Source of the DNA: Clostridia bacterium
Lineage (GTDB): Bacteria; Bacillota; Clostridia; TANB77; CAG-508
Direction: 5' to 3'
Length of the DNA stretch: 64,000 nucleotides
Assembly (NCBI GenBank): GCA_022792395.1
Contig: JAAWAX010000005.1
Coordinates: 6,112-70,111 of the forward strand
The notes under the pieces were generated by a model that saw nothing but the letters and a program-made list of their open reading frames with translations, did not search any database and had not been told where the DNA came from. Every line of letters begins with the position of its first letter. Position 1 is the first letter of the stretch. This document shows positions 1 to 10,070 of the stretch, in pieces. The position numbers and the translations under genes are program-made.

Positions 1-24
1 TTCATTTTCCTTGTCTCCTCTCTT

Positions 25-498
25 TTATTCTCGATTAATCTTTAAATCTTTTAATATTTTTTCTTCTTTTGGTCTCATTTCTATTTTGTCTTCTTCTCTT
101 ATATGGTCATACCCCATTAGATGATAAAATCCATGTACTAGCATATAGCTAAATTCTCTCTCAAAACTATGACCATATTCTTTCGCTTGTTCTTCTACTC
201 TTTCGATTGAAATAACAATGTCTCCTAAAATGTCTTCTTGAAGAAAATCTTTCTTTTCTATTTTTTTCTCTAACTCGTCCTTCTCAAATATAGGAAAAGA
301 AAGTACATCTGTTTCCTTATCGATGTTTCGATACTCCTTATTAATTTTTTGTATATTTTCTGGAGTTGTTAATGTAATCGTTATCGATAATTTTGCGTTT
401 TCTAAATTTTCTTCTTGAAAACACTGTGTTAGTACTTTCTCTATAATTGTTTCATATTCTTTTTTTTCTTCTACTTCTTGATATAGTATTTCATACAT
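25..498 (-). CDS. ybeY: Endoribonuclease YbeY (rRNA maturation)
   Basis: 157-aa ORF with the C-terminal HGFYHLMGYDH zinc-binding His motif typical of YbeY. It lies downstream of yqfC/yqfD as in other Firmicutes. Confidence 0.85.
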   Translation of the reverse strand: MYEILYQEVEEKKEYETIIEKVLTQCFQEENLENAKLSITITLTTPENIQKINKEYRNIDKETDVLSFPIFEKDELEKKIEKKDFLQEDILGDIVISIERVEEQAKEYGHSFEREFSYMLVHGFYHLMGYDHIREEDKIEMRPKEEKILKDLKINRE

Positions 499-501
499 AT
501 T

Positions 502-1707
502 TTACGCAACTTCCTTAATTTTTTTGTATTTTCCTTCTGATTTATAAGATTCTTTTATTTGTCTCATAACCCCATAATCTACTAATTTTCTTTTATAATA
601 AGTCAAGATTCTTGAATAATCGGTTTTTCCTTCTTTTAGTTTTTTCATATCATCTTTTATAAATAATATTTCTTTTTGTTTAACATATTCAATAAAATCA
701 GTTTCTTTTAATTTGGTTATTTCCTTGTATCGATTCCAAAATGCTTTATAGTTATCTTTTTCTTTTTGTGTATCCCAATATACTTTAGTAGATAATAGTT
801 TGATATTATAATCTTCAATCAAGTTGATTAACATAGAGTAAGCTCTTTCTCTTCTGGCTGCCATTTTAGTATCTTGTACTAATACTCTAGCATCTTTTAA
901 TAATTTTTCATAACATTGTTCTGCTACAATTAATGGTAAACTATGTGTAAATAATTTTCTACTAATACCAAGTAAAACCATATTTTTTTCTATATTGTCT
1001 TTGGTATCTAATTTTCCTACTTCATAAGATTGATACTTCTCATATTCTGCTACAACATCTTTTATCGTTTCATCATTTCCTACTTCTATTTTTAATGATA
1101 AGATATTTTGAATATATTCTTCTAAAGTATAAAAAATCTTAGTATAAATCCATTCTTTAGAAGAATCATAACTATTGGTATTATCTGCTACTTTAATGGA
1201 GTAATTTTTTAGAATTGCTTTATATAAAGAATCCATTTTAGACACATAAAACTGATTGTATCTTTCTTTCAATTTTTCTTTATTATCTATCTTAATTCCT
1301 TGATAATCTAGTTCAATTAAATATTTTTGTTTTCTATATTTATATTCAATATACTCACCTTCTTTTAAACTAGTTACTTCATAATATTTTGATAAAGCAT
1401 TTTTTTCAAAGTCTGATGCTGTATTATTTTTTACTTTTTTATAAATAGAATCCATTACATATTTGTCCAATGCACCTAAATATGCCTCATATGCTGTATC
1501 ATATTTTTTCTCAATTTCATCGTTGTCATAGTTACCACTATCTGAAGTATAAGTTTCAAAGGTTTTTAACATACTATTTCTTTTCATAGAAATTAACATC
1601 CCATTAATTCCTATTTTGGTAGGTATTAATATTCTAGTTAAAGTATTTGTTATTTTATTAAAAAATGTTTTATCTGCTCCTGTTATTCTAAGGCTTCTTT
1701 CTTCCAT
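502..1707 (-). CDS. Hypothetical protein (Lys/Glu/Tyr-rich, no recognisable motif)
   Basis: 401-aa uninterrupted ORF, tightly packed between yqfD and ybeY. I recognise no catalytic motif. Confidence 0.4.
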   Translation of the reverse strand: MEERSLRITGADKTFFNKITNTLTRILIPTKIGINGMLISMKRNSMLKTFETYTSDSGNYDNDEIEKKYDTAYEAYLGALDKYVMDSIYKKVKNNTASDFEKNALSKYYEVTSLKEGEYIEYKYRKQKYLIELDYQGIKIDNKEKLKERYNQFYVSKMDSLYKAILKNYSIKVADNTNSYDSSKEWIYTKIFYTLEEYIQNILSLKIEVGNDETIKDVVAEYEKYQSYEVGKLDTKDNIEKNMVLLGISRKLFTHSLPLIVAEQCYEKLLKDARVLVQDTKMAARRERAYSMLINLIEDYNIKLLSTKVYWDTQKEKDNYKAFWNRYKEITKLKETDFIEYVKQKEILFIKDDMKKLKEGKTDYSRILTYYKRKLVDYGVMRQIKESYKSEGKYKKIKEVA

Positions 1708-1725
1708 TTAAAACTCTCATCCTTC

Positions 1726-2910
1726 CTAAAATACAATCTTCTCATTTGTCCCTATATTTTCCAAAACTTCATATGTAACATAAATATCAATACTTCCTTC
1801 TTTTTCATAGGTATTAACATTTTTGCCTACAATCGATTCTTTGTCTTGAATTTCATTTTCTAATTCTTCTTGTAATTGTTGTATCCCTACATCTTTAGCT
1901 TCTTCTATTTGATATGTTTTCTGCTTTTCTTCTACCTCTTTATAAGTTGTCTTTTGAATCGAAATTGGTAAATAAAAGTCTGAAAATAGTTTCATTTTGT
2001 CTTCCGTTTCTATTGTATCATAAATTTCAAATTTTGAAACCCCTTTCGGCAAATTTATTTTAAAATTATTAAATTTTATGGCATATCTATTTTCAACATT
2101 CCCTGTTTCCTTTCTTTCCGTAGTATTATATGGGATATTTATATATTTAGTGTGCCATACTTTTGCTTGAATTTCTCCTTTAGCATGCACATATCGAATA
2201 CCTGTATATTGTCCTTCCATCCATCCATTAATTAATGTTTCACCCACATTTACAGTATCCCCTACTTTTACATTAGCAGTACCTGTTTGTGCATTAATTT
2301 TTGTTATAATACCTACTTTATCAGAAATAACACTACAATACTCATTCTCATCAATAATCTCTGGTTTTTCATCAGCCTTAACGATTCTTACAATAGCATT
2401 GGTTCCTTTCAATTCAATACCCATCCATGCAATATCTTTTCGTTGCAATCTAATTTTATTGATAATTTCCTTGGTATCAATGTTAGATTTCCATTCCCCT
2501 ATTTTTAATCCTACTACTTCCATATCTTCTACTATATTTTCCATTTCCTGCCCATTCTCTTCTTTAATTTCCACATTCCATACAAAATTTGAAGATACCA
2601 ATGTTAAAACAATCATGACCAATAATAAAAAGAAAAATATTTTTCTTTTTTTATAACGATGCATTAGAAAAGGAACGCCTCTTTTGGAATTTATTTTTAT
2701 TTTACATTTTGTCTTTTTCGCTATTTTACAAATTTCTTTAAAATCACTAATTCCTACTCTAAAACTTAATTCCACATCTTTCTTTCTTTTTAGATGCCAT
2801 ATTGTAATCTTGTTGCTTCTACACATATTGATAAATCTTTCAATATAATAGCCTTCTATCGTAATTCCCAAATATCCCATTATATAACTAATCAATATCT
2901 TTATTATCAT
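1726..2910 (-). CDS. yqfD: Sporulation protein YqfD
   Basis: 394-aa ORF. The N-terminal region, a central TM segment (IFFFLLLVMIVLTLV) and the position directly after yqfC fit the YqfD family. Confidence 0.75.
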   Translation of the reverse strand: MIIKILISYIMGYLGITIEGYYIERFINMCRSNKITIWHLKRKKDVELSFRVGISDFKEICKIAKKTKCKIKINSKRGVPFLMHRYKKRKIFFFLLLVMIVLTLVSSNFVWNVEIKEENGQEMENIVEDMEVVGLKIGEWKSNIDTKEIINKIRLQRKDIAWMGIELKGTNAIVRIVKADEKPEIIDENEYCSVISDKVGIITKINAQTGTANVKVGDTVNVGETLINGWMEGQYTGIRYVHAKGEIQAKVWHTKYINIPYNTTERKETGNVENRYAIKFNNFKINLPKGVSKFEIYDTIETEDKMKLFSDFYLPISIQKTTYKEVEEKQKTYQIEEAKDVGIQQLQEELENEIQDKESIVGKNVNTYEKEGSIDIYVTYEVLENIGTNEKIVF

Positions 2911-2926
2911 TTTGATTTAAGCCCTC

Positions 2927-3205
2927 TCAATCTATCGTTCTTTCCATATCCATACTTTCAATCTTACCAGTCACTTTAATATCATCATTTGTTATATTCT
3001 CAAGATTTAAATTAAATCCATTGATATTAATAATTCCAATATGGGTATTTACTCTAACAAAAAACTCCTCATATTCTAATATCCCTTTAAAATTTTCGAT
3101 TATCATTTCATCAAATCCAGTTATTATAATTTTAGGCACATCCGAACAAACTTCTTTGGGCATTTCCAGTATTTTATCTAATTTGTTATAATTCCTTTTT
3201 TTCAT
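2927..3205 (-). CDS. yqfC: Sporulation protein YqfC (YabP/YqfC family)
   Basis: Track ORF 2927..3286 trimmed to Met28 (MKKRNYNKLDKILEMPKEV...). This gives ~92 aa with an AGAAAGGAA ribosome-binding site upstream. The longer form needs a GTG start that overlaps the pdaA stop. Confidence 0.65.
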   Translation of the reverse strand: MKKRNYNKLDKILEMPKEVCSDVPKIIITGFDEMIIENFKGILEYEEFFVRVNTHIGIININGFNLNLENITNDDIKVTGKIESMDMERTID

Positions 3206-3285
3206 AACATTCCTTTCTGTCTGATTGGGGACGATTCTTCCCAACCAGACGAAAATGTTAGAAAAGAACCGTCCCCAATGAGACA

Positions 3286-4101
3286 CTATTCAAATTCATC
3301 AAGCGACTTGAATTCATATCCCATGTTTTTTGCTTCTTTAATAATAGTATCCAAAACATTGGTATTAGTTTTTGAATTCCCATGTAATAGCATAATCTCT
3401 CCATTGTGTAAATTGTCTAATATTTTCTTTTTGGAAGCCTCTTCATCTGGTTGTTTGTCTTCGTTCCAATCTTCATAAGCAAATGACCACATAACTGTTG
3501 TATACCCTAATTGATTCGTTACTTGTAATGTATTTTCGCTAAACTCGCCTTTGGGTGGTCTTATATATTTCATTTCATAGCCGAACTTTTCTTGGATTAC
3601 TTGATGTAAGTCCATAACTTCTGTTTTGATTTTGTCACTACTTAAGTCTGGCATACTTTTATGATTAACTGTATGATTTCCTATAATATGCCCTTCCTCT
3701 ATCATCTGTTGTACTAAATCTGGCTGACTATTTACAAAATGTGCAGTAAGAAAAAAAGCTGCTGTTACTTGATTTTCTTTTAGTGTGTTTAATAATTGTG
3801 GTGTGTATCCCGCTTCGTACCCTTCATCAAAGGTTAAATATATATATTTTTTTTCACTATTTCCTAAACAAATTCCTTGGTTTTCTTCTAATACTTTTTT
3901 GTTGGCAGTTCCAACATCCGGATGTTCATGATTGTCATTTCTTTTAATGCCCCATCCTATTTTTTTGTTGCTAATTGCTTCACTATTAGTAGAAATTGTA
4001 TCATTCTGTAATTGATTATTAGATTGCAATACACTAAAAGAAAATATGGCAATCACCAGACCACTCATAATTACTAATTTTATTTTTGTTTTCTTCCCCA
4101 T
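3286..4101 (-). CDS. pdaA: Polysaccharide deacetylase, PdaA-like (spore cortex delta-lactam type)
   Basis: 271 aa with an N-terminal signal/TM segment and NodB-domain motifs (LTFDEGYE ... GNHTVNH). Confidence 0.7.
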   Translation of the reverse strand: MGKKTKIKLVIMSGLVIAIFSFSVLQSNNQLQNDTISTNSEAISNKKIGWGIKRNDNHEHPDVGTANKKVLEENQGICLGNSEKKYIYLTFDEGYEAGYTPQLLNTLKENQVTAAFFLTAHFVNSQPDLVQQMIEEGHIIGNHTVNHKSMPDLSSDKIKTEVMDLHQVIQEKFGYEMKYIRPPKGEFSENTLQVTNQLGYTTVMWSFAYEDWNEDKQPDEEASKKKILDNLHNGEIMLLHGNSKTNTNVLDTIIKEAKNMGYEFKSLDEFE

Positions 4102-4192
4102 ATTCTTTCCTCCACTTTATTTTCCTAGTTTTATTTTTCTAAATTTTTATATAACTCGTATAGTTAATATTATGAAAAAGAAAAAAGAATAT

Positions 4193-4231
4193 AACAAAAA
4201 AAGATGTTTTTACTTTCCGAAAACATCTTTT
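4193..4231 (-). terminator. Rho-independent terminator after the HipA-like gene
   Basis: On the minus strand: AAAAGATGTTTT / AAAACATCTTTT hairpin followed by a T-run. Confidence 0.55.
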
Positions 4232-4235
4232 AAAA

Positions 4236-5123
4236 TTAGATTTTATAATATACTAGCTCAATTATCTCATATCTTTGTTTAATTAGATTTTGATAAAATT
4301 CCTTTCTTGCTTTTGTCATACTATTTATTTCATCAATAAAACTCTCTATTTCCTTCAATTTTATTGATTTAAAAATTCTTTTAATGGCTTTATTACAATT
4401 TTCATTGTTCATTTGCTTAATATAGGTCATATAATTAATTTTTTTTCCATCTTCCTTTAAGCAAGAATAACAATTCATCGCTAAATTTTTCAATTCTATT
4501 TCATTAATTTTTTCAATTTCATCATCTTCAAGCATTGGATTTAAAGCTGAACCACAATCATAAATTGGAGAAAATTCTACCTTTCCCGTACTTTTATTCA
4601 ATAAAAATCCCCAGTTACCATTATGTCTATCTGTATTTCCAATTAGGCTATCTATAACAAACATATCCCAAAATTTTTGTTTTGTTTCTTCTGTATGAAT
4701 CATTTTACTTTCTTCTATTACTTCCATTATGTCATTTAATTCTGTTTCTATTTTTTTATCTGGATTTGTACTTAATGCTAAATTTTCAAATTCATATAAT
4801 ATATTATCATTGTCTGTAAAATCTTCACAAGCACATACTATCTTTTCTTTTCCATTATAGTTATATTTTCCTAAAACTGTATTTTGTGTTTTAAAACCTA
4901 CTATCTTGAACACATTACTTCCAATATATTCTGAAAAAGCATTATTGATATATGATATATTTTTATTTTTTTCTCTAACTGGATCCGGAAACTTTACTAA
5001 ATATTTTTTATCGTTATATATTAATGTCTTTTTTTTCTCTGAACCTTTATAATTATTAAATTCTTCTATTGCATTTGTAAAATCAATCATCTTATTTGCT
5101 CCTATTAACTTTTTATTAGGCAC
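4236..5123 (-). CDS. HipA-like kinase domain protein (orphan, no adjacent HipB-like gene)
   Basis: 295 aa with the GNTDRHNGNWGF motif, which resembles the HipA C-terminal catalytic loop. Confidence 0.55.
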   Translation of the reverse strand: MPNKKLIGANKMIDFTNAIEEFNNYKGSEKKKTLIYNDKKYLVKFPDPVREKNKNISYINNAFSEYIGSNVFKIVGFKTQNTVLGKYNYNGKEKIVCACEDFTDNDNILYEFENLALSTNPDKKIETELNDIMEVIEESKMIHTEETKQKFWDMFVIDSLIGNTDRHNGNWGFLLNKSTGKVEFSPIYDCGSALNPMLEDDEIEKINEIELKNLAMNCYSCLKEDGKKINYMTYIKQMNNENCNKAIKRIFKSIKLKEIESFIDEINSMTKARKEFYQNLIKQRYEIIELVYYKI

Positions 5124-5485
5124 TTTGTATTCCTTCTTTTCTAGCTTCTTAAATATATTATACCTAGTATATCACATTTACTGTCATTTTGCTACACTAT
5201 TTAAAATAATTTTCTCAATTCATTTTTTCTTTTATATACTTTATTCTAACAAAAAGCTATAATTAAAATTATCTCTTTTTAATTTTAATCATGGCTTTTA
5301 TTTACTTTTAATAGACTATCTTTCTATATTTTTTCAATTTCTAAATTTATGAAAAGAAAGAATATAACAAAAATTTAACTAATAAAACTTTCTATTTAAA
5401 TTCGACAAAAACATTGTTTTTTTCCATTTTCTATATTATAATACAGTTATTAAAATTATGATTCATTATGTTAGGAGTGAAAATT

Positions 5486-6010
5486 ATGAAAAATATTGAT
5501 GTTTCTATTATTATGGGAAGTGATTCTGATTTACCAATTATGAAAGATTGTGCTAAATTTTTAGAACAAATGGGAATCTCATATGAAATAAAAATTCTTT
5601 CTGTTCATCGTACACCAGAAAAAGCAACTGAATATGCCAAAACTTTAAAAGAAAATGGTGTAAAAGTAATTATTGCTGGTGCGGGAGGAGCTGCTCATTT
5701 GCCTGGTGTCTTTGCGGCAATGCTTCCAACAGTTCCTGTCATTGGCATTCCAATTCATACGAAAACTTTAGGCGGTGTTGATTCTTTGTATTCTATTGTT
5801 CAAATGCCTTCTGGTATTCCAGTTGCTACAGTTGCTATTAATGGTGCTAAAAATGCTGGTATTTTGGCTACTTCTATTTTAGCAGTTGGCAATGAAGCTT
5901 TGAAAGATAAATTGGCTGATTTTAAGAATTCTTTAAAAGATGCTGTTTTGGAAAAAGATGAAAAATTACAAGAATTAGGTTATGAAGCTTATTTATCTAA
6001 TATAAACTAA
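5486..6010 (+). CDS. purE: N5-CAIR mutase / AIR carboxylase PurE
   Basis: MGSDSDLPIM ... AGGAAHLPG motifs. The start was moved to the ATG at 5486, which follows an AGGAG ribosome-binding site. Confidence 0.9.
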   Translation: MKNIDVSIIMGSDSDLPIMKDCAKFLEQMGISYEIKILSVHRTPEKATEYAKTLKENGVKVIIAGAGGAAHLPGVFAAMLPTVPVIGIPIHTKTLGGVDSLYSIVQMPSGIPVATVAINGAKNAGILATSILAVGNEALKDKLADFKNSLKDAVLEKDEKLQELGYEAYLSNIN

Positions 6011-6013
6011 TTT

Positions 6014-6127
6014 AATTTTATATTATTTTTTCTTTCCAACTCCCAATATCGCACAGTCTGTAATAAATAACAGACTGTAGCTCATTGGTCCCCCCGATTT
6101 GTTGAAAATAAAAAATAATATAAAATT
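6014..6127. repeat. Family-A long imperfect palindrome (copy 1), purE-purC spacer
   Basis: 27-nt outer arms with 2 mismatches. Inside are CCAAT/ATTGG and a perfect ACAGTCTGT/ACAGACTGT hairpin, plus unpaired CTCCC and GGTCCCCCC. A second copy lies at 17493..17603. Confidence 0.7.
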
Positions 6128-6179
6128 TTCAATTACTTAATAGTTAATAATAATTTATAATAAAAAAGGTGGTTTTAAA

Positions 6180-7034
6180 ATGAAAAAAGTTAGTAGTGGT
6201 AAAGTTCGTGAGATTTATGAGGTAGATGATGATAAACTTTTACTTGTTGTTTCTGACAGAATTTCTGCATTTGATTATATTTTACCAAGTCTTGTTCCAA
6301 ATAAAGGAAAAATATTAAATCAAATTTCTGAATTTTGGTTTCATCATATAAAGGATATTATTCCAAATCATATTATATCAACTGATATAAAAGATTTTCC
6401 AGAAGAATTTCAAACAGAAGAATTTGAAGGAAGAAGTATGTTAGTTAAAAAATTAAAAATGATTCCTGTTGAATGTATTGTTAGAGGCTATATTACAGGT
6501 TCTGGATGGAAAAGCTACCAAGAATCTGGTACTGTTTGTGGTATTAAATTGCCAGAAGGATTGCAAGAATCTGAAAAATTACCTGAACCAATCTTTACAC
6601 CAACAACGAAAGCAGCAGAAGGTCATGATGAAAATATTTCTTTTGATGAAGTTTGTAAGTTAATTGGAAAAGATTTGGCCGAAGAACTACGTAATAAAAC
6701 AATTGAAATTTATTCTAAATGTGCTGAATATGCAGCTACCAAAGGTGTTATTATTGCAGATACCAAATTTGAATTTGGTGTAGATGAAAACGGCAAATTA
6801 GTAATTGGAGATGAAGTGTTAACTCCAGATTCTAGTAGATTTTGGCCTGCTTCTGATTACCAAGTAGGTAGAAGTCAAAAGAGCTTTGATAAACAATATA
6901 TTCGTGATTGGATTAAGTCTACTGGTTACAATCCAGAATCTGGCACTCCAATTCCAGATGAAGTAATTAATACAACTGTTAATAAATATAAAGAAGCTTA
7001 TAAAGTGCTTACTGGTAGAGACTTTAAAGCATAA
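6180..7034 (+). CDS. purC: SAICAR synthetase PurC
   Basis: 284 aa. GKVREIY, SDRISAFD and ADTKFEFG motifs. Confidence 0.9.
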   Translation: MKKVSSGKVREIYEVDDDKLLLVVSDRISAFDYILPSLVPNKGKILNQISEFWFHHIKDIIPNHIISTDIKDFPEEFQTEEFEGRSMLVKKLKMIPVECIVRGYITGSGWKSYQESGTVCGIKLPEGLQESEKLPEPIFTPTTKAAEGHDENISFDEVCKLIGKDLAEELRNKTIEIYSKCAEYAATKGVIIADTKFEFGVDENGKLVIGDEVLTPDSSRFWPASDYQVGRSQKSFDKQYIRDWIKSTGYNPESGTPIPDEVINTTVNKYKEAYKVLTGRDFKA

Positions 7035-7052
7035 TTTTAAGGAACTCCTTAA

Positions 7053-7166
7053 ATTATAGATTATATATATTATTACAATAATGAACGTATTCAGAAAAGT
7101 TTAGGATATTTAACACCATATAATTCAAGAAAAAATAGGAAGAAGGACAGCATAAATCTAATTTGA
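7053..7166 (+). pseudogene. C-terminal remnant of an IS3-family transposase (integrase-core tail)
   Basis: The open frame reads IIDYIYYYNNERIQKSLGYLTPYNSRKNRKKDSINLI*. YYNxxRxxxxLGYLTP is the typical IS3/IS150 OrfB C-terminus. There is no start codon or upstream domain. Confidence 0.55.
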
Positions 7167-7182
7167 TTTATGCTGTTTTTTT
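7148..7182 (+). terminator. Rho-independent terminator
   Basis: CAGCATAAATC / GATTTATGCTG hairpin followed by TTTTTTT. Confidence 0.6.
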
Positions 7183-7308
7183 AATCCTTTTTTAAACTCT
7201 ACTTTTTAGGGTATAGTTCAAGTTCTACTTTTTATTTTTAACACGATATTGTCAATATATTTATATTTTTTTCTATTATATATTTGATAAAAATTTCGAA
7301 TTTATTTG

Positions 7309-8106
7309 TTAGTAGGTATTGTAATAAGTATTAATAACATTATTTATATTTAAGTCTTTATTGCCAATATATACATCTCTATTTCCATCTAAAGTATGGC
7401 ATTTTATTATTGTATAATTCTCATAGTGGTATTCCATACTTCCTCCATCCTTATACATATTTACCTTTATTGCTCCATTCTTTTCATCTTTATTCGCTTT
7501 TGTAATAATTTCATTTATTGTAATTTTGTTTTCCAATAGTGCCTCTTTCAAAGAATAGTCTTTGCCATCAATTCTAATATTTACACTTCCATCATACACA
7601 TAAACATCATAATCATATTTATCTGTTTCATTTTTGTCTACTATTTTATGTAGTTTAACATCTGTTTGTAGCTGTTTATCATAAAAAAGTATTTCAAAAT
7701 TTTCTGCTGATTTCAATTCAATTTTTGTTGCTTTAACTTGTGCTGGATAACTTTCCATTATAGTTCCATCATAAGTTATTTTTACATTAGTTCCAACCAT
7801 ATAAAGTGTATCATTGTACTCGCCTAATCCAATCGATATTTTGTCAGCTGATTTTCTTTCTTCTTCATCTTCGTTTGGCTCTACTATAATATATGAATCA
7901 TGAGATTCAACTACTTTACCATAAAATGAATGTTCATTATTTTCATAATTTATAGTGTCAACAAGATTAGAAGTACTATTTTCAACTTTAAAATCAAAAT
8001 TTGCTCTATTGGTAACATCTTTTCCAATTAAAATATGTGTAAAAACTGCTCCAATAATTATAATCAATACTACAATTAAAATTCCAATAATCATTTTCTT
8101 ATTCAT
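7309..8106 (-). CDS. Hypothetical membrane-anchored protein
   Basis: ORF with the start set at ATG 8106 (MNKKMIIGILIVVLIIIIGAV, a single N-terminal TM). No recognisable domain. It lies inside the purC/purF insertion. Confidence 0.45.
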   Translation of the reverse strand: MNKKMIIGILIVVLIIIIGAVFTHILIGKDVTNRANFDFKVENSTSNLVDTINYENNEHSFYGKVVESHDSYIIVEPNEDEEERKSADKISIGLGEYNDTLYMVGTNVKITYDGTIMESYPAQVKATKIELKSAENFEILFYDKQLQTDVKLHKIVDKNETDKYDYDVYVYDGSVNIRIDGKDYSLKEALLENKITINEIITKANKDEKNGAIKVNMYKDGGSMEYHYENYTIIKCHTLDGNRDVYIGNKDLNINNVINTYYNTY

Positions 8107-8426
8107 TTTTACCACCACTTTAACCTTGCATTTTCCAATTTAATGATAGCGACAACTTATTATTTGCTGTTCCTTTATTTTTCATTTTTTACTAAAATAT
8201 TAATCAAATCATTACATTTTATTGTTTCTTTTGAAATATCATTATTTTTACTACTTTGGATCGTGATATAATCAGTAATATAACATTCACATTATACCAT
8301 AAGAAAAAACGATAGAAAATATTCTACTGTTTTTTCTAAAAGCCCTTTTTTACTTACTTTACTAAATGAGGAATCGTTCAGAAAGGAGTTCCTTTTTCTA
8401 TTCTAGAAACTTTCTTAAATCCATTT

Positions 8427-9848
8427 TTAAAACTGTATCTTTTCAAATTTATCTTTATCAATATCTTTTGGTACTTCAATCGGATATTTACCAGTAAAGC
8501 AACCATCACAAAATCCTTTTACCTTGCATCCTTTGGTTATTTCTCTTAAGCTATCTAAACTTAAATATTCCAAAGTATCTGCACCAATTTCTTGTCTAAT
8601 CTGCTCTACTGTTTTGTTATGAGCAATTAAATTTTCTCTCTTATCTACATCTGTTCCAAAGTAGCAAACATCTACAAAAGCTGGAGATGCAATTCGAATA
8701 TGAACTTCTTTTGCACCAGCATCTTTTAAAGATTTAATAATTCTAGTAATTGTTGTTCCTCTTACAATTGAATCATCTACTAATACTATTTTCTTTCCTT
8801 TTACTGTGTGATGTAAAGGATTTAATTTTAAATTCACTAATTTTTTTCTCTTATTTTGTGTATTTTGAATAAAAGTTCTTCCTACATATTTACTTTTGAT
8901 AAACACAATATCATAAGGTATTTTTGATTCTTTTGAATACCCTAATGCTGCATCATTTCCAGAATCTGGAACAGAAGCTACAATATCAGCATCTACTGGC
9001 ATCTGTCTTGCTAAACATCTACCTGCTTCTTCACGGAAAAGATGTACATTAATTCCATCAATTGTAGAATCTGGTCTAGCAAAATAGATATATTCAAATA
9101 CACATGCTCCTTTTTTTTCATCTGGTAAAAACTTTTCACTTACCATCTCATTATTAGTAATGGTTACGACTTCTCCTGGTTCAATATCACGGTCGAAAGT
9201 TGCTCCCATAATATCTAAAGCACAACTCTCTGAAGCAAATACAATGTCTTCACCAAAATGTCCCATACAAAGAGGTCTAAACCCTTGAGGGTCTCTTACT
9301 GCAATCATTTTTTGTGGCGATAAAATCAAAAGTGAATAAGCACCTTTTATAATTTTCATTGTATTTTTTACAGCTTCTTCAATCGAACCTGTTTTTAATC
9401 TTTCTTTTACAATGATATGACATATAATTTCTGTATCACTTGTTGTTGTAAAGATTGCTCCTTGTTCTTCTAATTCTTTTTTTAGTTCTACAGCATTGGT
9501 TAAATTCCCATTATGTACAACGGCTAAATTTCCTTTTTTATGTCTTACTACCATTGGTTGTGCATTTTCTTTTTTACTTGCACCTGTTGTTGAATAACGA
9601 ACATGTCCTATTGCCATTTTCCCTTGTGGCATATTGCTTTGTACTTCTTTGGTAAACACCTCTGAAACTAATCCAACATCTTTATGAAAATGGATAATTC
9701 CATCTTCATTGATGGCAACGCCACAACTTTCTTCTCCTCTATGTTGCAAAGCAGACAAACCTACACAAACTTGTCCTATTAATTCTTCTTTGGCTACCTT
9801 TGCATAAATCCCAAATACGCCACATTCTTCTTTTACTTTATCAAACAT
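8427..9848 (-). CDS. purF: Amidophosphoribosyltransferase PurF
   Basis: 473 aa. Short N-terminal propeptide then CGVFG (Ntn Cys), the PRPP-binding VLVDDSIVRGTT, and C-terminal Cys residues for an Fe-S cluster. Confidence 0.9.
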   Translation of the reverse strand: MFDKVKEECGVFGIYAKVAKEELIGQVCVGLSALQHRGEESCGVAINEDGIIHFHKDVGLVSEVFTKEVQSNMPQGKMAIGHVRYSTTGASKKENAQPMVVRHKKGNLAVVHNGNLTNAVELKKELEEQGAIFTTTSDTEIICHIIVKERLKTGSIEEAVKNTMKIIKGAYSLLILSPQKMIAVRDPQGFRPLCMGHFGEDIVFASESCALDIMGATFDRDIEPGEVVTITNNEMVSEKFLPDEKKGACVFEYIYFARPDSTIDGINVHLFREEAGRCLARQMPVDADIVASVPDSGNDAALGYSKESKIPYDIVFIKSKYVGRTFIQNTQNKRKKLVNLKLNPLHHTVKGKKIVLVDDSIVRGTTITRIIKSLKDAGAKEVHIRIASPAFVDVCYFGTDVDKRENLIAHNKTVEQIRQEIGADTLEYLSLDSLREITKGCKVKGFCDGCFTGKYPIEVPKDIDKDKFEKIQF

Positions 9849-9893
9849 TTCTTTCTTCCTTCCCTATTCTATCTTTCTATATAGTTTAAAAAA

Positions 9894-9995
9894 AATTGTT
9901 ATTTGGCTAGGTGCACAAGTTTTCAATTTATGAGGCGTACGAGGGTACGTTGATTAAATTGAAAGCGAAGTGCAACAACGCCAAATGATAATTAT
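9894..9995. repeat. Family-B structured element (copy 1), purF/purN divergent spacer
   Basis: Shares conserved blocks with 13625..13727: AATTGTTATTTGGCTAGG, ATGAGGCGTAC-N4-GTACGTTGATT and AACAACGCCAAATGATAATTAT. The middle helix has a different sequence but still pairs. Confidence 0.7.
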
Positions 9996-10070
9996 CTTTT
10001 AAACTACTCATTATTGACTTTATAGTACATTCGTGCTAAACTACACTTATATCAAATTAGGAGGTAATAT

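Noticed and set aside
3206-3286. An in-frame CGG (3269-3271) in the long form of ORF 2927..3286.
   Set aside because: The 27-codon N-terminal extension needs a GTG start overlapping the pdaA stop. YqfC-sized proteins start at the internal MKKRNY.. Met, which has its own ribosome-binding site. The CGG is most likely non-coding.
5124-5485. A purine riboswitch, T-box or PurR box upstream of purE.
   Set aside because: No match to the conserved purine-riboswitch core that I can see. There is only a weak PurBox-like string, which is not enough to call.
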